From Bacilli bacterium (lineage in GTDB: Bacteria > Bacillota_I > Bacilli_A > RFN20 > CAG-826): a stretch of 64,000 bases of DNA. The position numbers and the translations under genes were made by a program. The notes beneath the pieces are model-generated. The model saw nothing but the letters and a program-made list of their open reading frames with translations. It was not told where the DNA came from and searched no databases. Position 1 is the stretch's first letter, and each line of letters starts with the position of its first letter. Where the stretch lies: positions 55,699-119,698 of the forward strand of contig JAKVOO010000001.1 in assembly GCA_022482735.1 (NCBI GenBank), read 5' to 3'. Positions 51,059 to 62,303 of this stretch are shown here, piece by piece.

Positions 51059-53509
51059 CTATTCTACGCTTTTCAAGGAGGCAATCATATTGATTTTTTT
51101 AAGGATATGATGGGCAATAAAAATAACGATGATAGCGAAGATTATCGACATCAGTCCCGAGTAAATGAAACTAAGATATTTTATGTGATGGATAAAGCGA
51201 ATGCGTTCGATTTCCACCGTATTAACAATGAGATTAGTTAAAAAATAGCCCATCACTAGTCCAAGAATAATTCCCACAAGGGTCAAAATAATTAACTCTT
51301 TATTGATATAATTATCTACTTCCCGATTGTTAAAACCCAGCACTTTCAACGTAGCTAGTTCGCGTTTTCTTTCACTAATATTGATATTTGTAAGATTAAA
51401 CATTACAACAAATGACAACATCGCCGAAAGAATGAGCAAGATAATAACAACATTATTCAGGGACTTTAAAGTGTTTTCCACGGACTTAATTAAAGAACTA
51501 ATAGAAGTAACGGTCATCACTTTGCTATGGGCTAAAAGGGATAAAGCTAAGGCGGATTGCGCTTCGCTCGATAAAGGAATTGTTTTTACGTAAATGGTAT
51601 TAGCGCTAAAAGTTGTGAAGTTGTTTTCAAAAGTGGTTTTGTTCATATAAATCAAGTGGCCAACATAATTTTCGACGATAGCAGAAACTTTTAAGCTATG
51701 AGTAACATTGTTCACGTCAATAATTGATATCTCATCACCAATACTTATCTTCGCGAGGGCGGCTAACTTATCGGTAAGAACCACCTCATTATCTTGGAGA
51801 AAAACGGGGCTTTTTGTATCGACATTGCGTAGGTTTACCATTGATGTCAAATCTGTGCTGGGGACAAAAATGTTGACCTCATAGTCATTAACAGTCGCTG
51901 GGAGCATATCGACCGCTAGAAAGTCGGTGATTGCTGAATCAGAAAAAGTTTGGTTAAGTTCTTCATCACTGATGCCACTTTGAACTAAAACGACCTGATC
52001 ATAGGTAAATATTTGGCCATAGTTGGTGCGAGCGATATCGATGATAGCATCGCGGAGGCCAAATCCCGAGAGCATTAAGGCTGTACATCCCATAATGCCA
52101 ATTATTGTGGCGATAACTCTTTTCTTATAACGTCCGATATTGCGCATGGTAATCTTATTTGAAAACTTTAAATGTCTCCAAATAAAAGGTATTTTTTCTA
52201 AAAAAATTCGCTTTCCTGGTTTAGGAGCTTTTGGTCGCATTAACTGCGATGGACTTTCCCGGATTGTTCTATTAACTGAATATATGGAGGAACCAACGAT
52301 GCAGGCTAAAGCAATGGCGATTCCTACGATGACATAGGTCATTTGGTAGGTAAAGACAAATTGAGGAATAGAAAAAATGATTGTATAAATATTCCAAATT
52401 AGTAGGGGAATAATGTAAAACCCAAGTGTTGATCCAATTAATCCTCCTAATAAAGTTGCTAATCCGCTATAAATGACATATTTGCCCATAATATGCGGGT
52501 TAGAAAAACCTAGTGACTTTAAAGTTCCAATTTCTAAACGATTGTCTTCAACCATTCGCGCCATTGAAATTAAACTAATAAGTATGGCGACAATATAAAA
52601 CACAGTTGGAAAAACCTTAGAAAGATTATCTATGCTTCGACTGGAGCCGATATAGTCACTATAAGTAGCATCATCTTCTCGATCATATACTTTAATAACA
52701 TTGTTCGAAAAGTTGTTCGTGTTGGTAGTCGTCGTTTCATTTGCATCTAATGATGGATTCTCAGTTGATTGATTTAAGAACTGCGAAAGGGAAATTTTGG
52801 CTTTAGCAATTAAATCAAGATAAGCAGATTTAGATGTGACTTTTTGACTTGCTCCATCAACGGTTAAATATAAATCGGTATAAAACGAATAATTAAAATT
52901 ACTTTTGGCAACAAACGAATAATAGTTGACGATACCAGCGCCAACATTGGTGTTGCCCCGTGAGCCAGTTCCAAGGGCGGTTCCGATATAAAGAGGAGAC
53001 ATAACTTCCCCAACAATTGTGTAATTGTTATTTTTTAAAATACTTTGTTCATTATCAATTGCAATCGTATCGCCGAGCAATAAACTATTATCCGTCAAAT
53101 AACGTTTTTCAATGACAATTTCATTCTCATTTTCTGGCAAGCGACCATCAATCACATCGAGCGTATTAATTTTTTCAGGTAGTGAAATAGTCCGAATGAC
53201 AAATTGCTTTTCATTAATTAGCGAAAGACCATCATAATACTTGCTACCTTCAACATTATCGATTTCGGGAAGTGCTTTTAATTGCAAAATCGTGTCATCA
53301 CTAAAACCATGAGTGGCTTGAAGGTGAAAATCGTAAGCCTGATGTTGGTCAAAAAATTTATCTAGTGAGGTAATCATATCCGGGCTCGTGGCCTTTAATC
53401 CAACAAAGGTGCCAACTCCGAGCAAGCTCATAATTAATAGTGAGATGAAACGTCGAGAAGAAGAGAAAATCTCGCGTTTAGTCGACGTAAATAAAAGGTT
53501 TTTTTTCAT
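51059..53509 (-). CDS. ABC transporter permease with two FtsX-like domains (MacB-type)
   Basis: 816 aa. Two repeated FtsX 4-TM modules are separated by large extracytoplasmic domains. The gene lies adjacent to a MacB-type ATPase. Confidence 0.8.
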   Translation of the reverse strand: MKKNLLFTSTKREIFSSSRRFISLLIMSLLGVGTFVGLKATSPDMITSLDKFFDQHQAYDFHLQATHGFSDDTILQLKALPEIDNVEGSKYYDGLSLINEKQFVIRTISLPEKINTLDVIDGRLPENENEIVIEKRYLTDNSLLLGDTIAIDNEQSILKNNNYTIVGEVMSPLYIGTALGTGSRGNTNVGAGIVNYYSFVAKSNFNYSFYTDLYLTVDGASQKVTSKSAYLDLIAKAKISLSQFLNQSTENPSLDANETTTTNTNNFSNNVIKVYDREDDATYSDYIGSSRSIDNLSKVFPTVFYIVAILISLISMARMVEDNRLEIGTLKSLGFSNPHIMGKYVIYSGLATLLGGLIGSTLGFYIIPLLIWNIYTIIFSIPQFVFTYQMTYVIVGIAIALACIVGSSIYSVNRTIRESPSQLMRPKAPKPGKRIFLEKIPFIWRHLKFSNKITMRNIGRYKKRVIATIIGIMGCTALMLSGFGLRDAIIDIARTNYGQIFTYDQVVLVQSGISDEELNQTFSDSAITDFLAVDMLPATVNDYEVNIFVPSTDLTSMVNLRNVDTKSPVFLQDNEVVLTDKLAALAKISIGDEISIIDVNNVTHSLKVSAIVENYVGHLIYMNKTTFENNFTTFSANTIYVKTIPLSSEAQSALALSLLAHSKVMTVTSISSLIKSVENTLKSLNNVVIILLILSAMLSFVVMFNLTNINISERKRELATLKVLGFNNREVDNYINKELIILTLVGIILGLVMGYFLTNLIVNTVEIERIRFIHHIKYLSFIYSGLMSIIFAIIVIFIAHHILKKINMIASLKSVE

Positions 53510-53515
53510 CGGCTT

Positions 53516-54217
53516 TTACCATTCAATTGAATCAATCGATGCAGGGTGCTCATTAATGATTATCTTTTCTACACTCCCATTTTTAAATTTAATAACGCGG
53601 TCCGCCATCGGAGCAATCGCCCCATTATGGGTAATAATTAGTACGGTCATTTTCTCTTTTCGGCACGTGTCTTCAAGTAATTGAAGAATTTGTTTGCCGG
53701 TTTTGTAATCAAGAGCTCCTGTAGGCTCATCGCAAAGAAGAAGTTTTGGGTTTTTGGCAAGAGCGCGGGCGATGGCGACTCTTTGCTGCTCACCACCCGA
53801 TAGTTGCGAAGGAAAATTGTTAATTCTATCTTCAAGACCAACTTTATTTAAAACTAGTTTAGGATCAAGTGAATCTTTGCATAGTTGAACGGCCAATTCG
53901 ACGTTTTCGATGGCGGTTAAATTTTGAATAAGGTTATAAAACTGAAAAACAAAGCCGATATTATTGCGGCGATAATTAATTAAGTCTTTGTCATTAAGTT
54001 TCGATATCTCTTTTCCATCAACTATTACCTTTCCTGCGGTAACGGAATCCATGCCACCTAAAATATTTAGACAAGTGGTTTTCCCCGCACCACTTGGACC
54101 AAGGATAACAATCAATTCTCCTTTTTCAATAGCAAAAGAGGCTTTGTCAAGTGCTTTAATCTTGACTTCACCCATGTGATATATTTTTTCGACTTCGACA
54201 AAAGATATGTATGCCAT
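53516..54217 (-). CDS. ABC transporter ATP-binding protein (MacB/LolD-like)
   Basis: [24 protein letters not shown] and [12 protein letters not shown] motifs. The likely ATG is at 54217 ([11 protein letters not shown]). Confidence 0.88.
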   Translation of the reverse strand: MAYISFVEVEKIYHMGEVKIKALDKASFAIEKGELIVILGPSGAGKTTCLNILGGMDSVTAGKVIVDGKEISKLNDKDLINYRRNNIGFVFQFYNLIQNLTAIENVELAVQLCKDSLDPKLVLNKVGLEDRINNFPSQLSGGEQQRVAIARALAKNPKLLLCDEPTGALDYKTGKQILQLLEDTCRKEKMTVLIITHNGAIAPMADRVIKFKNGSVEKIIINEHPASIDSIEW

Positions 54218-54318
54218 AAAATTACCCTTATATATTATATATTCAAATATACTTTGGCACACAATTTTTGAAAATAATCTTTGTATGTCGTTATAAAACT
54301 GAATGAATAACGATACTG

Positions 54319-57045
54319 CTATTTATAAAAGATTTTTATGTTGGCACCACTTCCGCTGACACTATATAAAGTTATGGATAAATCGCCATCACTACCTAAA
54401 ATTAGGGTAGTATTTGTCGCCCCTTCTAAATCGCTAGCAAAGGGTCGATAAGTTCCAAAATTACTAAAACTATCACTGCCAGAAGACAAGGTTATAATGA
54501 TAGCGTCACTTGTATTTACATAAGTAAAATAGATTGTGTAAGTTCCGTTTACACTGCTTCGAACAAAAGTACCGACTCCTTCTTCCATGAAAGAAATCGT
54601 AAAAGTAGTGTCGACTCCGCCAATCCTTGCGGTTAATGAATAAGAACCGAACAGATCATTATTTATCGGTGGAACACTGTTATCGACGACATGAATACTA
54701 TAGGATGCAGTTTTGGTTATTCCATTTTCCGTGTAACTAACAATGACAGTCTGAGATCCAGTTTTAGACATATCATAATTAGAAAATGTGGCAGAATGGG
54801 TGACATATCGCTCTGAACCATCACTATAATGGGCGATCACCTCTCCTTCAAACGAATAAACATCGCCCAAATTAAAGGAAGTTCGCATATCAAAAAGCGA
54901 TATCGATGATAGGGTGATTTCACTTCCATTTTCATTGGATAGATGTGCGGAAATAGTTGCACTATGATTGGGCATAATAAAGTAATAACTATTATTGCCA
55001 AAAGGATTTTTAATAATACTTATTGAAGAATCCTCCACGATAAATATGCTTTCTAAAGTGAATTCTGTATCTACGGAAACCGTAAAGCGAACTTGTTCTC
55101 CTTCAAGGACATAACCTGCGGTGGGCGATATCAAGTTGATGGTGGCACCGATAATTTGGTCGTCAACTTTCAAAAGGTGACCAGAATTATCAATGGTTAA
55201 AACAAGAGTGACGCTTTCTAATGCAATCGTACTTGGTTTTATCTCCCATCTTCCTTGACTTGAGTCGAAAAGACATGAGGCATTACTATCTTCCAAAATC
55301 GATAAACTAGAAACTATGAATCCATCTTCGACGACAAATGAAGCATAAAAGAAGCCGTCATCGATACTTGCATCATAAGAAGATAGAGGAGTTCCATTCA
55401 AATCAGTAATGCTATAACTTAGTAAATGCGGGCTCGATTGAACAGATATTTTAGGATAACTATCTCCATCGGGATTATAGTTATCAGGTGTATAGATGTT
55501 AAAACGCATTTGGATGTATCCGAGATAACTACTTTCATTTACATAACTAAAATCAGTAATGGCTACAAAGGAGTCATAAAGAATATTATTCTCTGTATTA
55601 GCTATCATTTTTATGCCATTTGATGAGGTTACTTCGGTATAACCAAAGGTAGCTAATAGGGAAATATAGTTTGTAGCAGCATTTTTGGCTAGTTGATAGT
55701 CGTCAATATAGAAGCGAATGAAGGTGGTGCTGGTGTAGAAAAAATAGTCATCACCATCGCCATATAATTGATTCATATTTGCCGTTCGGTCATCAAAATT
55801 AGCAACGGAAGTGCACTCGCTACCAAAGGGAACAAGTGGAATGAGATCATTTAGGTTATTAGCAATTAAGTAACTGTTTAATAATTGAATGGAATCGACG
55901 ACATTATTCTTAATGCGACAGGATAGAAGCGCTTGGAATACTCCATCGGGATAATAATGTCCAATAGTGTGTTTACCATATTCTTCACTTGGATGAACAT
56001 AAACCATTTCAATGGTGTAGGTTGCAGTTTTTTTATTTTCTTCATCAATTTCAATTAATTGGTATTTATTAACATTAGTTCCCATTTGAACAAAACCAAC
56101 ATTAGTAAGTAAACTTGTATAGGCGGAGATTTGATTTCCACATCCATAATCGGTCAATAGAAGATCGACGCCACTATAGGTTTCTTTGCTTTTAAGTGAC
56201 AATGTATAACTGGCGTTAGGAAGAAAAGGAATTACCTTATCATTATAATAATAGTTAAAAAGAGTGATATCATTGTTACTCCACGAAGTGGGATCAGGAA
56301 AAGTTTGGGTTGGATCAGTGATGTAGTTCTCTAAAACACTGTTGGACGCAAGGCCAAGATTATAAATGGTAAGGGTGGTGTGACCATTTTCAAACGTCTC
56401 TTCCCCAGTGTCACTATCAATGTATGCTACTTGAAAGTTAATCGTAAAGATCAATTCCTCATTATCGACACGGGCCGTAATTTCACTAGGAGCTATAAAC
56501 CAAGCTGAATCAATATATCCAGAAAAGTTTGCGGCAACGGCAATAACATCTTGATCAGAACAGTAATAAAGTGAGGCATCGTTTTCATCTTGCCGATAAT
56601 CAGCTAAAAATAAGTTTTCAGCGACGATATCATAAAGTGAAGATACGCCGATTTCTGAGTTGGTGGCATAGAATCCGTTATAAACAACATTTCCTCCGTT
56701 TTGAACAAAATATATATATCCTTGATTTTTCTGAAGAATAATCCCGCTATAATTTCCATAATAATTGTTATAGTATGCCTGATCGTTTAGATTTATGAAA
56801 GTATCAGAATAAATATCACTAGGATCATTTTCTAAATAAGAATTGACATGGATAAAGTAATTATGATGACCTAGAACACTATCCTTAAAATCGCTAAATT
56901 GCTTATTGTTTAACGATGAGATTGACCCTATAGAAGACGATGGATCGTGCTGGGAACTACTAGATGAATTCCCTAAATGCCGATTGCAACTGGAAAGAAA
57001 AAGCGTAATTCCTATAAGAACTACCAAAAAGTTTTTTTTGCTCAT
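54319..57045 (-). CDS. large surface lipoprotein (908 aa)
   Basis: Lipobox LFLSSC. The protein is Ser/Asn/Tyr-rich and beta-rich, with no catalytic motif recognised. Confidence 0.6.
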   Translation of the reverse strand: MSKKNFLVVLIGITLFLSSCNRHLGNSSSSSQHDPSSSIGSISSLNNKQFSDFKDSVLGHHNYFIHVNSYLENDPSDIYSDTFINLNDQAYYNNYYGNYSGIILQKNQGYIYFVQNGGNVVYNGFYATNSEIGVSSLYDIVAENLFLADYRQDENDASLYYCSDQDVIAVAANFSGYIDSAWFIAPSEITARVDNEELIFTINFQVAYIDSDTGEETFENGHTTLTIYNLGLASNSVLENYITDPTQTFPDPTSWSNNDITLFNYYYNDKVIPFLPNASYTLSLKSKETYSGVDLLLTDYGCGNQISAYTSLLTNVGFVQMGTNVNKYQLIEIDEENKKTATYTIEMVYVHPSEEYGKHTIGHYYPDGVFQALLSCRIKNNVVDSIQLLNSYLIANNLNDLIPLVPFGSECTSVANFDDRTANMNQLYGDGDDYFFYTSTTFIRFYIDDYQLAKNAATNYISLLATFGYTEVTSSNGIKMIANTENNILYDSFVAITDFSYVNESSYLGYIQMRFNIYTPDNYNPDGDSYPKISVQSSPHLLSYSITDLNGTPLSSYDASIDDGFFYASFVVEDGFIVSSLSILEDSNASCLFDSSQGRWEIKPSTIALESVTLVLTIDNSGHLLKVDDQIIGATINLISPTAGYVLEGEQVRFTVSVDTEFTLESIFIVEDSSISIIKNPFGNNSYYFIMPNHSATISAHLSNENGSEITLSSISLFDMRTSFNLGDVYSFEGEVIAHYSDGSERYVTHSATFSNYDMSKTGSQTVIVSYTENGITKTASYSIHVVDNSVPPINNDLFGSYSLTARIGGVDTTFTISFMEEGVGTFVRSSVNGTYTIYFTYVNTSDAIIITLSSGSDSFSNFGTYRPFASDLEGATNTTLILGSDGDLSITLYSVSGSGANIKIFYK

Positions 57046-57120
57046 TTTATGACCTCTTTTATTTTCAAATCTAAATTAACATTTGATTAATTTAAATTCT
57101 TATTTAAGCATCGATTGTTT

Positions 57121-57723
57121 TTACTCACAATAATAGTTGATGGTTATAGAACTAAAATAAGTATTATTCGAACCATCGGAGATAAACTTAATGTACCGAT
57201 TTGCATTGGAAGGAATTTCAATCAGTGTTGTTCCCGAAGCCACACTTGTATTGACCCATGCTGAACCATCTTCAGAACTTTGAATTGTAAACCCACCATT
57301 TGCGGTTCCGTATGCAATTGCTACAGAGGTTATGTTTTGGAAACTGCTAACATTTTGATCGTTTTCTAACGAAGAAGGATCGATATAAAACGTAATTGAG
57401 GCATCTTCATCTTGCTTAAAACGGGTTACATCACTGCCAAGAGCGGTGGTATATGTGACCACTATATCAGCAAAGACTTTATATTTACTTTGACTTAAAC
57501 GCGAGGATATTGTGTATGCGTTGGCTGAATATGCACCACTTTCAAGCGTAGAATCTGATTTTTTGAAAATTACAGAAAAATCTTGGCCAGTGGTTGCGCC
57601 AACAACGTTTTTTTGAGGTGACTTTAATATTGAATTTGAGCACATTACTCCAAATACTCCAACTAAGGCAAGAATAAAAACATCAAAGACTTTTAGTTTT
57701 TTTCCATTATTGCGAATAACCAT
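57121..57723 (-). CDS. secreted/lipo-protein, hypothetical
   Basis: N-terminal signal sequence (ILALVGVFGVMCS). Confidence 0.5.
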   Translation of the reverse strand: MVIRNNGKKLKVFDVFILALVGVFGVMCSNSILKSPQKNVVGATTGQDFSVIFKKSDSTLESGAYSANAYTISSRLSQSKYKVFADIVVTYTTALGSDVTRFKQDEDASITFYIDPSSLENDQNVSSFQNITSVAIAYGTANGGFTIQSSEDGSAWVNTSVASGTTLIEIPSNANRYIKFISDGSNNTYFSSITINYYCE

Positions 57724-58806
57724 AATAAGTCCTCCATTTTTTAAAATATGCGAACAAATGCAAAGTGCCCAATTCGCATTAATTGTATTTATATACTTAT
57801 ATAATTAATTGAGTTATTTACCTAAATGAAATGTAATAAAACATACATTTTTGGTAATGGAAAAAAATTTATGAAAGTATAAAAATAACTTGCACATTAA
57901 AAGATATTATTAGCATACGACTACAATAAATACAGAGGTATAGCCAAATGTTTAAATATAAGTATGGCTTTCACGCATGCAAAAAGACGACTTATTGTAT
58001 ATTGATGCAGCAAACAATCTAGTTTTTTATTTTGTGTGGCAGACGGATAACAATCTCATTTGAATCAGCATAGGATTGGTTTTTACTTGCTTCATTCAAG
58101 TTAAAGTTTTTAAAATTAGTCTATACTTTTAATAGGTATTTATTTGTCGCCTCAATTTGCAAAGCGAAAAATATGTTGATGCATTATAAGGTTTCTTTGA
58201 TAAAAGACGCGTTTTTGTTATTAAGTTGTTTTGTTACTTCACTCCATGCGAGTTCAAAAGTTTTTGCTTAGGCTTTTTATAAAAACTATTTATCTTTAAG
58301 AGTTCAGGACCTTGTCAAGTAGTTGCCGTGAACAACTTCTAAATAAAAAAACGAGCCGTAATTGAAAAGTAAAATATCTCGTCAATAAGCAGTTTTTAAT
58401 AAAAAACGCCTTTTTTAAGGCGAAAATATTACAACTGCTGTAAAAATGTCGAAATGGGAAAAAAGTGAAAATTAAAACTTTTTTAGCTGAAAAGTTATTT
58501 TCTCGATTAATGTATTAACAAAATTTTCAATTGCATATTACTCTGTAATGAAAGGTTCAAATCAAAAATTACTGGCACATTTAAATATAGAATCTAAATA
58601 ATTCTTATAAGAATAAGATGCAAGATAACTTTTTTGTCTTATCAGAAAAATATTGATAAACTTCCTGATAGCAGAATTGAATAATACTTGTAGTAATTAA
58701 CAGATTATGACGATTAATTGTTTGGTCTATGAAATAAAAAAGTGGGAAATCAAATAAACTTGCCCCCACTTGATTTCATCGGCCCTAATTATTTTAAAAA
58801 ACTTTG

Positions 58807-60468
58807 CTACGAAGAGTGTACTGTTAGTTTGCCTATACAGATTCTTCCTCTATTATTGTTATTTGTACTGATCATTTGATTTACTTCAGCGTAAAATCTA
58901 AAACCGTAAACTGGTTTATTGAAATTAACGGTATACGTTGTTGGATTATCCCTGTTTCTTGGCAAATTTGTTGTATCAGAAAGAAGATCAAGCTTTCTGT
59001 TCCAATCCCCCTTTGCATTAATTTTATATGCATCTGTTTGTACTTGTAACTCAGCCTTACCAGTATTTTTATCTAACAACTCAACTTGAAATTCACGCCA
59101 ATGTGTCAATTCCACATTAATTTGAAAAACTGGAACTGAAAATTTGTATTCAATAAAAGCATACTTTACTCCATCTCTAATTGGCGATAGGACAACGTAT
59201 TGGTTTTGAATGAAACCAGTCCTAAATCTTCGTGTTCTTAATCCTATATGGTCTACATTAAGATGAGTGTTATATAAAACAGCAGTCCTTATGTCGGTCG
59301 GATAATAATCAATAAATTCATAATCGCTTTGATTTATAACTGTCTCTTCAGAAAACTGTTCTCCTGATGAACTAATAAACTTATTAATAGTACTGGAATA
59401 ATAATTGTTCGTTCGCTGGCGAGGTAAAGCATTCATATTTAGGCTATAGTAATCAGCAATTTTGATATTAAAATATTCATCTATGTTTCTCTTTGTTTGA
59501 TTTATATTCCATCCCATATTTCCATATAAAATGTCATTAACTTCATCGTAGCAATAAGCAACAACTAGATGCCCACTTGCGGCCTCGTTAGGGTCTTTAA
59601 TTCCATTGTTATTAGTATCATTATAGTGACTCCCGCCAACAAGAACTGGCTTTCCCGATTGAACTAGCGCAATTATTTCATTTCGAAGACGCGCTTTTTC
59701 TAGTGGGGTTTCTTGCTGAAGTTTGCTTGTATTAAGTGTAACAACGTTTGCAATTGCTTCGTTGTTAAGCAAATAATCATTTATAGTATTTACAACTATA
59801 TTGTAACTAACACCAATTCCATTCAAATAACTTTGATTACCAGAAGAATAATAATCATAAGTTTGTGATGGTTTAATTGATCCATTACTTAATGCAATAG
59901 AAAACAACTTACCAAGAAATGTATCATTATCTATTAATAATTTAACTTCTTGCATAATGCCAAATTCAAAAGCCCTTGGAAAATCACTTGAAGCAATAAA
60001 CTCATCTCTCGTCATATCATCAGGTTTTATTTTCTGAATAATTGCATTTTGTGAAGGCATAGTGTCATTCTGAACGCCTGGTGATGCGACAGTAAGATTT
60101 TGTAAACTAGCGCCGATAATTGCTACTGGAGAATCATACTTTTCATCAATTATTGCATCATTCCAACACGTATCATAAAAGGACAGCAACATCGAAATCC
60201 CTGTGTAACCGCATATCCCAAAAGAATTAGATGGCTTATTGGTCGCCAAATTTCGATAATAAGTTTCTAAAAAACTAGAGTCTTGTGAAAAATTAGGATC
60301 ACCCAAACCGGTGTCATCTGGGGCTGGTTCATAATACAAATCATTCTTTCTTTCGATCAAAGCCTGATTGGAAAAATCATCTGCAAAAACCTCATTTTTA
60401 ATATCTTTTTGTTGAGGTGTGTACATTCCTGTTAAAAGAATTGAGCCAATAAGTAAAAAAACATTCAT
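58807..60468 (-). CDS. secreted protein, possible papain-fold cysteine peptidase (streptopain/C10-like)
   Basis: Signal peptide present. The candidate catalytic Cys is in FGICGYTGISMLL. The candidate His context SGHLVVAYCYD...YGNMGW resembles the C10 H...NWGW block. This is a recollection-based, weak call. Confidence 0.4.
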   Translation of the reverse strand: MNVFLLIGSILLTGMYTPQQKDIKNEVFADDFSNQALIERKNDLYYEPAPDDTGLGDPNFSQDSSFLETYYRNLATNKPSNSFGICGYTGISMLLSFYDTCWNDAIIDEKYDSPVAIIGASLQNLTVASPGVQNDTMPSQNAIIQKIKPDDMTRDEFIASSDFPRAFEFGIMQEVKLLIDNDTFLGKLFSIALSNGSIKPSQTYDYYSSGNQSYLNGIGVSYNIVVNTINDYLLNNEAIANVVTLNTSKLQQETPLEKARLRNEIIALVQSGKPVLVGGSHYNDTNNNGIKDPNEAASGHLVVAYCYDEVNDILYGNMGWNINQTKRNIDEYFNIKIADYYSLNMNALPRQRTNNYYSSTINKFISSSGEQFSEETVINQSDYEFIDYYPTDIRTAVLYNTHLNVDHIGLRTRRFRTGFIQNQYVVLSPIRDGVKYAFIEYKFSVPVFQINVELTHWREFQVELLDKNTGKAELQVQTDAYKINAKGDWNRKLDLLSDTTNLPRNRDNPTTYTVNFNKPVYGFRFYAEVNQMISTNNNNRGRICIGKLTVHSS

Positions 60469-60488
60469 AAATATATTCCCTTTAATAA

Positions 60489-60896
60489 TTAACCTTCGAT
60501 TCCGAAATAATAAATTTCGTGATCAGAGATTATTGTTTCTGGTGTAAGCTGAGTCTCATTGTTAGTTATATAACGATCATAGTAAAAAAAGGTAAACATG
60601 AAATATCCGTTAATAAGAGGTGGAACCTTATAGTTCAACACTTTATTATCTTCCAAGCCAAAGATTTCCTCTTGTGTTAATTTCTGCCCTTTTTCAAATG
60701 TTAAGATTGTTTCCGCAAGAATTGTATTGCCAAATCCGCCCCCTACAGTAGAAAAATTAGTGGCATCTAATTGAATAAAATGAATGTCAACTTTGTTGTC
60801 AGTAGGACTTTGTTCTGAAACACTAATAGTTGAACACCCCAATAGACAAGAAATAATAAAACTTAGTAAAAGTAATTTGGTGGTATTTTTAATCAT
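60489..60896 (-). CDS. small lipoprotein
   Basis: Lipobox SCLLGCS. Confidence 0.55.
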   Translation of the reverse strand: MIKNTTKLLLLSFIISCLLGCSTISVSEQSPTDNKVDIHFIQLDATNFSTVGGGFGNTILAETILTFEKGQKLTQEEIFGLEDNKVLNYKVPPLINGYFMFTFFYYDRYITNNETQLTPETIISDHEIYYFGIEG

Positions 60897-61625
60897 AAAC
60901 TATTATCCCCTTATATATACTTTTTACATTATTTACAAAAAAAATTGTTAAGTCAAGTTTGGGCAAATAATTCTTTTCCAATTGCATCTGAATATTCTTT
61001 AATAACAATAGTTATAATCACTGATCAATTAAGCGTAATTATTGTCTAGAATTACGGCACAAACGAAAAAATCGAACTATTGATGCACTAGTAATCGTAC
61101 TACTAATATTTGTTTTATTTGTAAATGTACATCACGTTTTTATAAATCATTTCTTCAAATGTTATCAGTGGATAAATGGCCTTTCTCATCATCAGTTCTC
61201 ATTTCATTTATCTTATTAGTTTGAGAAACCACTTCTATTTTTCGCACTGCTTGTGCAGTAGGTGTTTATACCAACTCAATATGGATTTTTACCGCATGAC
61301 TTATTTTCTATGGGTTAGCTGAGAGCATACAAATTAAAAAAAGAACCAATCGTCTTGTTCGGTTCTAATGTTCTAAATAGGACTAATGTTTGGAAGTTGA
61401 GTCTTGACTAGATTTAATAGTTACTGTTTATTTCTAAATGAACTTAAATGCTCTAGTGTCGACTGCACTCAGCAATGTGAGTTCCTGTTGCCTATTTGAA
61501 TAATAAAGGTTTAATATGTTTGTTTTGCTTCTACAATAAAATTATTAATACTTTTGTAGTTTTAATTCTAATATTTTCGATTCTTTATTTGCCATTAAAA
61601 GTGGTGATTATAGCGCAATTTTTGA

Positions 61626-61697
61626 TTTACACGATTTTTCCACTATTTGCATACCTATTACCCATAGAAGTATATATTTTTCCTGTTTGAGAGTTCA
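61626..61697. repeat. about 72-bp direct repeat, copy A, just downstream of the Pycsar effector gene
   Basis: tttacacgatttttccactatttgcatacctattacccatagaagtatatatttttcctgtttgagagttca aligns with 63155-63226, and the core gatttttccactatttgcata is identical in both copies. Confidence 0.8.
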
Positions 61698-61719
61698 TAT
61701 ACTTACGTCATTGAATTGA

Positions 61720-62235
61720 TTAAAGCCAAATAATTAAAATCGTTGTTATTAGAAAAAATAGCACCATTGGGATCATTAGAACGATGGATATCTTTAACAT
61801 TAAATGTTTAAATGAACAAATTCTTGCATTTTGATTGATCTGTTCAATACTTATTCCACAGTCACCATTATCTTTGAATATTATTATGTATTCATCACTT
61901 GTAATATCTTTTAAATCTTTATAATATGTCAGCGACTTGTGATCTGGACTTCCTTTTCTATTTTTAGGCAATAAAACTAAAACAGAAAAAGTCAATGCCG
62001 CTATAATTGAGACTAAAAAAACTAAAAATGAACTAAATATATATGGCTTAATCTGATCCGATTTACTTGAAATAACATCAATAACTGTAAATGATAGTGC
62101 AAATACAATACCAAGTATCGATACAATAATTGATGCTTTATTATCAAAGGAAGCAATTTGATTCAAAATAAGTTCTAATGACAATCCCTTTTGTTCTTTT
62201 AAACTTTCACTATTCACATTCATTTTTCCATCCAC
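61720..62235 (-). CDS. pycTM: Pycsar effector, transmembrane type (PycTM-like)
   Basis: Small protein with an N-terminal LILNQIASFDNKASIIVSILG block (the F-D/A-x-K-A motif of the Pycsar effector family as I recall it) and 3 TM helices. It lies directly downstream of a class III cyclase gene. The probable true start is ATG 62223, after the SD gaggtg. Confidence 0.7.
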   Translation of the reverse strand: MDGKMNVNSESLKEQKGLSLELILNQIASFDNKASIIVSILGIVFALSFTVIDVISSKSDQIKPYIFSSFLVFLVSIIAALTFSVLVLLPKNRKGSPDHKSLTYYKDLKDITSDEYIIIFKDNGDCGISIEQINQNARICSFKHLMLKISIVLMIPMVLFFLITTILIIWL

Positions 62236-62303
62236 CTCTCTTTAAAATTGCTCGATTATTTTATTTTACGTTCTTTTACCTAACCAAATTGTTATCCTTA
62301 TTC

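Noticed and set aside
58527-58560. Possible degenerate extra copies of the 72-bp Pycsar-flanking repeat (also near 60970)
   Set aside because: They share only short ttttc(c)a...ttgcat fragments and need several gaps to align, which is too weak to call.
61496-61690. 64-aa plus-strand hydrophobic ORF
   Set aside because: It overlaps repeat copy A in an AT-rich intergenic region, uses a non-ATG start and has no RBS, so it is probably spurious.
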